Shown one piece after another: positions 15,852 through 22,823 of a stretch of 24,000 nt of DNA. The DNA is taken from assembly GCF_014931565.1 (NCBI RefSeq), contig NZ_CP063353.1, positions 3,798,872-3,822,871 of the forward strand. The letters run 5' to 3'. The stretch comes from Clostridium sp. 'deep sea' (lineage in GTDB: Bacteria; Bacillota; UBA994; PWPR01). Numbering within the stretch: position 1 is the stretch's first letter; the number at the start of each line of letters is the position of its first letter. A model generated the notes under the pieces. That model did no database searches and was not told the DNA's origin. It saw nothing but the letters and a program-made list of their open reading frames with translations. A program made the translations under genes and the position numbers.

Positions 15852-16900
15852 GCGGTGGAGGGCTTTATGTCCTCCATAATTAATAAGATAACCCACTCAT
15901 TAAAAAAGGCAGACACAAGGCCTGTCACTACGTAGAGTAACAGAAGTAAAATCCGTAGTGGAGGGCTTTATGTCCTCCAAAATTAATAAGATAACCCCCC
16001 TCAAAAAAAGAAGGCAGACACAAGGCCTGCCACTACGAAAGTAACAGAAGTAAAAGCAGTAGTGGAGGGCTTTATGTCCTCCATAATTAATAAGATACCC
16101 CCAAAGAAAACAAGGCAGACACAAGGCCTGCCACTATGTAGAGTAACAGAAGTAAAATCCGTAGTGGAGGGCTTTATGTCCTCCATAATTAATAAGATAA
16201 CCCCCTCATTAAAACAAGGCAGACACAAGGCCTGCCACTACGAAGAGTAACAGAAGTAAAATCCGTAGTGGAGGGCTTTATGTACTCCATAATTAATAAG
16301 ATACCCCCCATTAAAACAAGGCAGACACAAGGCCTGCCACTACGAAGAGTAACAGAAGTAAAATCCGTAGTGGAGGGCTTCATGTCCTCCATAATTAATA
16401 AGATACCCCTTCATTAAAACAAGGCAGACACAAGGCCTGCCACTACGAAAGTAACAGAAGTAAAAGCAGTAGTGGAGGGCTTTATGTACTCCATAATTAA
16501 TAAGATACCCCTTCATTAAAACAAGGCAGACACAAGGCCTGCCACTACGTAGAGTAACAGAAGTAAAATCCGTAGTGTAGGGCTTTATATCCTCCATAAT
16601 TGATAAAATAACCCTTCATTAAAACAAGGCAGACACAAGGCCTGCCACTACGAAGAGTAACAGAAGTAAAATCCGTAGTGGAGGGCTTCATGCCCTCCAA
16701 AATTAATAAGATAACCCACTCATTAAAACAAGGCAGACACAAGGCCTGCCATTACGTAGAGTAACAGAAGTAAAAGCCGTAGTGGAGGGCTTTATGTCCT
16801 CCAAATTAATAAGATACCCCCAAAAAAACAAGGCAGACCCAAGGCCTGCCACTACGAAGAGTAAAGTAATAAGCCGTAGTGGAGGGCTTTATGTCCTCCA
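15852..16900. repeat. Array of 21 REP-like hairpins: 11 Y-type on the plus strand and 10 Z-type inverted. The period is 97-104 bp. The layout is BIME/REPIN-like.
   Basis: The Y hairpin TGGAGGGC-TTTAT-GTCCTCCA starts at 15856, 15959, 16063, 16165, 16269, 16371, 16473, 16576, 16679, 16783 and 16880. Each copy except the first is preceded by GTAG. Between Y copies sits GGCAGACACAAGGCCTGCCACTAC, whose reverse complement is GTAGTGGCAGGCCTTGTGTCTGCC. The array starts 11 nt after the RAYT stop codon. Confidence 0.9.
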
Positions 16901-17034
16901 AAACGGTTTTCGTTTTTGTTAATCAAAAATTAAGAATTTCTTAAGTTTAAATTGAAGTTTTTTTAATTTTAGTTAGCTATACTAATAACATTCGGAGATA
17001 ACAAGTAGTTTATAACAAAAGGAGAGCAAATTAC

Positions 17035-17721
17035 TTGAAAACATTAATACTTACAAAAATAAAACCCATAGATTATAAGGATCTAAAAGATGTTAGCAGG
17101 TTTATTTCCGAAGAGAGGCTTGCTCGTGCAGAGCTATTTACAGACAATAACAGAAAAAATGAATTTATTACAGTTGAGATAGCTGCTTCATATTTTGTAT
17201 CAGAGGTTTTTAATATATCTTTACCTAAATTTAATGGCAAAGCGGGTGAAAAACCCTATTTATGTAATTATCCTAATATATCAGTTAGTCGTTCATATGC
17301 TGATAATTATGTAGTATTTGCCTTAGAAAATAATTTTGATATTGGTGTAGATTGCGAAAAAATAAAAAGCTTTGATAAAAACACCCTTAAGTATTTTTTT
17401 ACAGAACAAGAGTGTAGATATATTAATGACTCAAAGTGTCCTAATCTTGCTTATGCAATTATTTGGACTCGCAAAGAAAGTTATCTAAAGTGTACTGGTC
17501 AAGGTCTTGCTTTTGCTCTCAGTAAGCTTGATGTTACACCACAAAATAATTGGGTAAATAGTAATAGTAGGTATCCAATTTATAAGAACAACGATCAAGT
17601 TAAGAGTAAATTTATTAATAGCTATATATATAATGATCTTGTAATATCTCTCTGTAGTACTAGTGATAACAATAGCCCTACATTAACATTACAAGTTAAA
17701 AACATGAATTTAGGAGTATAG
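17035..17721 (+). CDS. Sfp-type 4'-phosphopantetheinyl transferase
   Basis: TTG start 8 nt after GGAGAG (17021-17026). PPTase motifs are GVDCEKI (the GxD(I/C)E motif), FTEQECRYI and WTRKESYLKCTGQGL (the W/F-x-x-KE-S/A-x-x-K motif). The 228-aa length fits Sfp type rather than AcpS type. Confidence 0.8.
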   Translation: MKTLILTKIKPIDYKDLKDVSRFISEERLARAELFTDNNRKNEFITVEIAASYFVSEVFNISLPKFNGKAGEKPYLCNYPNISVSRSYADNYVVFALENNFDIGVDCEKIKSFDKNTLKYFFTEQECRYINDSKCPNLAYAIIWTRKESYLKCTGQGLAFALSKLDVTPQNNWVNSNSRYPIYKNNDQVKSKFINSYIYNDLVISLCSTSDNNSPTLTLQVKNMNLGV

Positions 17722-17723
17722 CA

Positions 17724-19229
17724 ATGACAAAAACTATTATTGATTTTTTCGAAAATACAGCATTAAAGTATCGTTCTAAAATAGCAGTAGGCGATAAAAA
17801 CGCCAGTTTTACTTATGAGCAACTTATGGAAAAAGCCCAAAAAGTAGGTGCAGTTATTGCAGAAAAAGGCTTTATTAAAAGACCTATTGCGATATTGATG
17901 AATAGAACATGCAAATTGCCTGCAACAATGTTAGGTGTTTTATATAGTGGTAACTTTTATGTAGTTTTAGATAGTAACTCAACCTTTAATAGGCAACAGA
18001 AAATAGTAGACATTCTTAGGCCATCTGCTGTAATATATGAAAGTCAGTTTAATAATATAGTAAATCAGTTAAATGGTGAATTTGTGAAATTAGAGTTAGA
18101 AAAAATAGAACCTACAGCTAATGGTTACAAAAAACTCAATAAAGCAAAAAATCAAATACTTTCAACAGACCCTGCTTTTTCGATATTTACATCTGGTTCT
18201 ACTGGGTTCCCTAAGGGTGTATTAATAACTCATCAAAATGTTATATCATACATTGATTGGTTTACAACAAGTATGAAAATATCTAGTAATACAGTGTTTG
18301 GATCTCAAACTCCACTGCACTTTAGTATGTCGGTATCTGATTTATTCGCTACCTTAGCTAAAGGTGGCACATATCATATGATACCCAAAGAGTACTTTGT
18401 GTTTCCTGCAAAACTAATTGAATTTATGAACGAGCGTAATGTAAATACAATATATTGGGTGCCAACAGCGCTTGCTATTGTTGCCAAGTTTAATTTATTT
18501 AAATATACCAAGCCAACATCTTTAAATAAGGTATTATTTGCAGGTGAAGTTATGCCTATTAAATACCTAAATTATTGGAGAAGCTATTTACCTAATGTTA
18601 TGTATGCAAATTTATTTGGTCCAACCGAAACCACTGATATTTGCACCTATTATGTGGTTAATCGTGAGTTTGAGGATACCGAAAGTTTGCCAATAGGTAG
18701 TCCTTGTGAAAACTGTTGTGTTTATTTAATAAATGAACAGGGTGAACAGGTAGCTGATGGTGACATAGGAGAGCTCTATGTTTCAGGAGCATTTGTTGCA
18801 AAGGGTTATTACAATAACTATAAAAAAACTAAAGAGAGTTTTGTTCAAAATCCCTTACAATCGGCATACCCTGAGTTGGTTTATAAAACAGGTGATTTGG
18901 CAAGAAAAAATGAATACGGAGAGCTTGAATATTTGGGAAGAAAAGATTTTCAAATAAAGCGTAATGGTTATCGCATAGAGTTAGGCGAAATTCAGGCTGC
19001 ATTTGCTAAAGTTAAAGGTATAGAGTTATCAGTTTGTTTATATGATGAAAAGCAACAACAGATAGTATTGGTTTATGAAGGGGCTACACATTTAAAAGAA
19101 CAGTTAAAAAAAGTAGCTAATCAAAAACTTCCAGCATATATGCGCCCAGATAAATATATAGCTACTGATTGTTTCCCTAAAAACGCTAATGGAAAAATAA
19201 GTAAAAAACTATTGAAAAATATTATATAA
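17724..19229 (+). CDS. DltA-like carrier-protein ligase (stand-alone ANL adenylation enzyme)
   Basis: 501 aa, the size of DltA. Motifs: A3 FTSGSTGFPKGV, A5 NLFGPTETT, A7-A8 YKTGDLA...GRKDFQIKRNGYRIELGEI, A10 NGKISKK. It aligns without gaps to my recollection of B. subtilis DltA around FGSQTPLHFSMSVSDLFATLAKGGTYH. Starts 2 nt after the PPTase stop. Confidence 0.85.
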   Translation: MTKTIIDFFENTALKYRSKIAVGDKNASFTYEQLMEKAQKVGAVIAEKGFIKRPIAILMNRTCKLPATMLGVLYSGNFYVVLDSNSTFNRQQKIVDILRPSAVIYESQFNNIVNQLNGEFVKLELEKIEPTANGYKKLNKAKNQILSTDPAFSIFTSGSTGFPKGVLITHQNVISYIDWFTTSMKISSNTVFGSQTPLHFSMSVSDLFATLAKGGTYHMIPKEYFVFPAKLIEFMNERNVNTIYWVPTALAIVAKFNLFKYTKPTSLNKVLFAGEVMPIKYLNYWRSYLPNVMYANLFGPTETTDICTYYVVNREFEDTESLPIGSPCENCCVYLINEQGEQVADGDIGELYVSGAFVAKGYYNNYKKTKESFVQNPLQSAYPELVYKTGDLARKNEYGELEYLGRKDFQIKRNGYRIELGEIQAAFAKVKGIELSVCLYDEKQQQIVLVYEGATHLKEQLKKVANQKLPAYMRPDKYIATDCFPKNANGKISKKLLKNII

Positions 19230-19248
19230 AAATGGAGAGAGAAATATA

Positions 19249-19476
19249 ATGAACAAAATAATTGAGATATTGTCAGAGATAATACCAGGAGAAAATTTTG
19301 AAACCGCTAACAACCTTGTAGACGGAAAAATTTTAACATCTGCCAATATAATTCGTCTTGTTGCTAGTTTAAATGAGCAGTTTGATATTGAAATAACACC
19401 GCTATATTTGGTACCTGAAAATTTCAATTCAGTAGAGAGTATTTTTAATTTAGTGACTTTGCTTGACGAGGAATAG
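19249..19476 (+). CDS. Small carrier protein (DltC-like, 75 aa)
   Basis: RBS GGAGAGAG. GKILTSANIIRLVASLNEQFDI aligns with DltC GLLDSFGTVELLLAIENRFDI, with the Ppant-acceptor Ser conserved (codon 19339-19341, context TS rather than DS). Confidence 0.75.
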   Translation: MNKIIEILSEIIPGENFETANNLVDGKILTSANIIRLVASLNEQFDIEITPLYLVPENFNSVESIFNLVTLLDEE

Positions 19477-19481
19477 TATTC

Positions 19482-21038
19482 ATGCCTAATCGGATTTTTG
19501 TTTATTTTATACTGTATTTAGTCATGAATACCCTTATATACGCTGTTTGCCCTCGCAAACAGCGTTATATTGTGTTATTAATGTCTAGTTTAATTTTTTA
19601 TAGTGTTTTTAGTGGATATGGTGTTTTGCTGTTGTTATGCACTATTATTACTACACATTACACAGCTCTAGTTATGGATAAAATAGGGTTAGCATACATT
19701 ACTACTGGGTTAGCTAAGCCCGAGCGAAAAAAACTAAAAGCCCAAATTAAGCATAAAAAACGCCTTGTATTATGTTTGTGTATTGTTATTAATGTGGGCA
19801 TTTTGTTAATAACAAAGTATTTTAATTTTTTTTCAAGGTCTTTTAGTAAACTTATTGCTACTTTTGGTCTTAATTTGCCTGTTCATGTAATAAAAATTAT
19901 TTTACCTTTAGGTATTTCTTACTATACGTTACAAGCATTGAGTTATGTAATAGATGTATTTAGAGGTAAATATCCGGCAGAGAAAAATATTTTAAAGACT
20001 GCTTTATTTATTGGATTTTTTCCGCAACTGCATGAGGGACCATTTGGGCGATATGATAAGCTTATGCCTGTTATGTCAGCAGGTAAACAAATAAATTCTG
20101 AGAATTTGTATGAGGGAATTGCTCGTTTTTTGTGGGGCTTTTTTAAGATATTTATGGTCGCTAATCGGGTATCATTAATATCTGATATGGTCTTTAATGA
20201 TTACAGTTCATATGGTGGTTTTGCCATTATTATAGGCATAGTTGCCTTTACAATACAGCTTTATGCAGAGTTCTCTGGCTATATAGACATAGCTGTAGGT
20301 ATTGCTAAGGTATTAGGTATAGAGTTAGCTAAGAATTTTGATATGCCCTTTATATCACAAAATGTAGCTGAATTTTGGCGTAGATGGCATATTTCATTAG
20401 GATTATGGTTCCGTGATTATGTTTTTTATCCTGTTTCTACGTCAAAAGTAATGTCTAAATTAAGAAAAAAAGTAGGCTCTAAACTTGCAAATTTTGTATC
20501 TATAAATTTAGCAATGTTAACAGTATGGTTTTTAACAGGTATGTGGCATGGAGCAAGTGTAAAATACATTGTTTATGGTCTGTATTATTTTGCACTAATA
20601 ATGCTTTATAATTTGCTTTCACCCTATATAGAAAAATTATTGAAAAAGTATGAGATTAGTGCACATAACAAAATTCTTATAACAGTGAGAATAATAAAAA
20701 CACTTATACTTGTTGGAATAGGTATGTTAATTTTTCGAGCCAAAAATCTAAGAGTTTTTAGAATTATGTTAATGTCTGTTTTTACAAAAGGTACAATGCA
20801 ATTTAATATACTAGCTAAAATTGATTTAAAAGACTTAATTATACTTTGTATTTCTTTTGGATTAATGTTATTACCAGTATTTCTTAAGACTAAAAATATT
20901 GAAATAGATACTAAATATAATTCACTTTCATCTATTAAAAAGTATTGGATTTGCTTTACTGCATTTAGCATAATTGTTATTTTTGGAGCTTATGGATTTG
21001 GATATCTTCCGCCAGACCCAATATATGGAGGGTTTTAA
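19482..21038 (+). CDS. MBOAT-family membrane O-acyltransferase (DltB/AlgI-like)
   Basis: Polytopic 518-aa protein. It carries MBOAT signatures FWRRWHISLGLWFRDYVFYP (catalytic His) and LTGMWHGAS. Confidence 0.9.
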   Translation: MPNRIFVYFILYLVMNTLIYAVCPRKQRYIVLLMSSLIFYSVFSGYGVLLLLCTIITTHYTALVMDKIGLAYITTGLAKPERKKLKAQIKHKKRLVLCLCIVINVGILLITKYFNFFSRSFSKLIATFGLNLPVHVIKIILPLGISYYTLQALSYVIDVFRGKYPAEKNILKTALFIGFFPQLHEGPFGRYDKLMPVMSAGKQINSENLYEGIARFLWGFFKIFMVANRVSLISDMVFNDYSSYGGFAIIIGIVAFTIQLYAEFSGYIDIAVGIAKVLGIELAKNFDMPFISQNVAEFWRRWHISLGLWFRDYVFYPVSTSKVMSKLRKKVGSKLANFVSINLAMLTVWFLTGMWHGASVKYIVYGLYYFALIMLYNLLSPYIEKLLKKYEISAHNKILITVRIIKTLILVGIGMLIFRAKNLRVFRIMLMSVFTKGTMQFNILAKIDLKDLIILCISFGLMLLPVFLKTKNIEIDTKYNSLSSIKKYWICFTAFSIIVIFGAYGFGYLPPDPIYGGF

Positions 21039-21988
21039 TGAAAAAACATAAAATGAATTTCAAAATATTATGTTGTGTAATCTTATCTTTATCACTTTAC
21101 ACTTATATTTGTGTAATTTTTACCCCCAAATCAATTAATGATTTAGGCGGTAAAAACTATTATGGCGGAATGGGATTTTTAGCAGAACCCGAAAATTCTC
21201 TTGATGTAATCATGTATGGTAATTCAGATGTATATTCAGGGTTTATACCTGCATTGATGTATGAGAAATATGGTTTCTCTTCATATGCTTCTGGTGTGCA
21301 ACTTCAAAGTATCAAGAAAATAAATCACTTGTTAAAAGCGACTTTAAAAAAGCAACAACCAAAAATAGTAATCCTTGAGGTGGATTGTCTTTACGATAAA
21401 GACAGTTGTTTAATAAATAATAATAACCTTTTTCTTGCTTCGGTCATGTATCATACCCGCTGGAAAGAGCTCAAACTACGTGACTTTTATACACTCCCAA
21501 ACAGAAAAAATAAGTATGACATAACAAAAGGTTATGAGCACTCGAATTATGTTTATAAATTTAATCCCGGAAAATATATGGGGCATAGTACTGACAAGCC
21601 AGCTGCAATACCAGCAAAAAATATTAAACAGCTAAAGTTTTTTCTTAATACTTGTAGTAAAAAAAATATTAAAGTTATATTTTTAGAACTACCTAGTTCG
21701 GTATCTTGGACCTATGCCAAACATAATTATATAAGTAAAATAGCATCGGAAAATGATATTGCTTTTATTGACCTGAATATTCCAAACAGTAATTATCAGG
21801 CCGATTTTCAAAATGATTTTCGAGATAATGGTAATCACTTAAATGTATATGGTGCAAAAAAAACTACAACATTTATAGGGGATTTTATAGAAAAGAAGTA
21901 TAAAAATATAATCATAGAAGCTAAGAAAGCAACCGTATTAGACTATTGGAGAGATGTAGTATCCTATTACTATGAACAACTTAGTTAG
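21038..21988 (+). CDS. DltD-like membrane-anchored SGNH-fold esterase/acyltransferase partner
   Basis: Its ATG overlaps the MBOAT stop codon (TAATG). It has an N-terminal TM anchor. MYGNSDVYSG parallels the DltD IYGSSELS Ser block. The C-terminal FRDNGNHLNVYGA is an SGNH-type D-x-x-H block. Confidence 0.65.
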   Translation: MKKHKMNFKILCCVILSLSLYTYICVIFTPKSINDLGGKNYYGGMGFLAEPENSLDVIMYGNSDVYSGFIPALMYEKYGFSSYASGVQLQSIKKINHLLKATLKKQQPKIVILEVDCLYDKDSCLINNNNLFLASVMYHTRWKELKLRDFYTLPNRKNKYDITKGYEHSNYVYKFNPGKYMGHSTDKPAAIPAKNIKQLKFFLNTCSKKNIKVIFLELPSSVSWTYAKHNYISKIASENDIAFIDLNIPNSNYQADFQNDFRDNGNHLNVYGAKKTTTFIGDFIEKKYKNIIIEAKKATVLDYWRDVVSYYYEQLS

Positions 21989-22023
21989 ATTATTAATGAC
22001 ATTGTTAAATTATATAATATATT

Positions 22024-22055
22024 GTAGTGGAGGGCTTTGTGCTCTCCATTTTTTT
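22024..22055 (+). terminator. Solo Y-type REP copy acting as the intrinsic terminator of the dlt-like operon
   Basis: GTAG-TGGAGGGC-TTTGT-GCTCTCCA (22024-22048) is followed by T7 (22049-22055), 36 nt after the stop at 21988. It has the same GTAG head and stem as the array units. Confidence 0.8.
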
Positions 22056-22139
22056 AGTTACTAAATTTTATGTAGAATTAAAAATTTATGTTAACATAAT
22101 AAAAGACCATACCAGTTATATAGTAATAGGAGATAAAAT

Positions 22140-22823
22140 ATGAGACTACTAATTATTGAAGATGAAGTTGAATTAGCTAATAGCTTAAAAACTCGTTTAA
22201 ATACCATTGGTTATGCTGTAGATATTGCTTACGATGGTTTAGTCGGTGAAGAAAAAGCTTTAGTAAATAATTATGATATTGTTGTTTTAGATTTAAATCT
22301 TCCTAACAAAAATGGAATTGAAGTATGTAAAGCACTTAGAACAGAAGGTGTTGAGTCAGCTATTATAATGCTTACTGCTAGAGATACAGTTAAGGATAAA
22401 ACACTAGGATTAGATAATGGAGCAGATGACTATTTAATAAAGCCATTTGCCTTTGAGGAATTACGAGCCAGAATACAGGCTTTAGTACGCCGTAGTTATC
22501 AAAGAAGCAACCCCATAATAAAGCTTGATGAATTAGTAATAAATCCATTATCAAGAATGGTTACTTTTAATAATATAAAACTTAGCTTAACTACTAGAGA
22601 GTTTGATATTTTAGAGTATATAGCAGTTAAGTATCCCACAGTAGTTTCCACAGAAGATATCTTGGAACATGTTTGGGATGAAAACATTGATTCTTTTTCT
22701 AATGTTGTTAGAGTACATTTAGCTAACTTAAGAAGAAAGTTAAAAAATAATGTAGGAGATATAAAAATAGAAACAATAAAAGGTAAGGGGTATCGATTAT
22801 GTTTAAATTCAAAACAAGAATAG
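22140..22823 (+). CDS. OmpR/PhoB-family response regulator
   Basis: Receiver domain MRLLIIEDE...DIVVLDLNLP...KPF. Winged-helix output domain LTTREFDILEYI...GKGYRL. RBS AGGAGA. Confidence 0.9.
   Translation: MRLLIIEDEVELANSLKTRLNTIGYAVDIAYDGLVGEEKALVNNYDIVVLDLNLPNKNGIEVCKALRTEGVESAIIMLTARDTVKDKTLGLDNGADDYLIKPFAFEELRARIQALVRRSYQRSNPIIKLDELVINPLSRMVTFNNIKLSLTTREFDILEYIAVKYPTVVSTEDILEHVWDENIDSFSNVVRVHLANLRRKLKNNVGDIKIETIKGKGYRLCLNSKQE

Noticed and set aside
15900-16742. Seven overlapping ORFs of 62-85 aa on both strands with repetitive translations (SGRPCVCL, MEDIKPSTTDFTSVTL, EGFMSSIINKI)
   Set aside because: They are by-products of translating a tandem repeat. They overlap each other on both strands. 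Frames drift because the period (97-104 bp) is not a constant multiple of 3. None has an RBS. Conservation follows DNA/RNA palindromes rather than codon positions.
15852-16900. Possible CRISPR array, given the regular repeats containing a hairpin
   Set aside because: The whole ~103-bp unit is conserved, including the stretches that would be spacers. There are no unique spacers and no cas genes in the window. The hairpins alternate in orientation, which CRISPR repeats do not.
16955-16983. A sigma-A promoter for the dlt-like cassette using TATACT at 16978-16983
   Set aside because: The only TTGAAG-like -35 candidate (16952-16957) is 20 nt away, outside the usual 16-18-nt spacing. No confident promoter call can be made from sequence alone.
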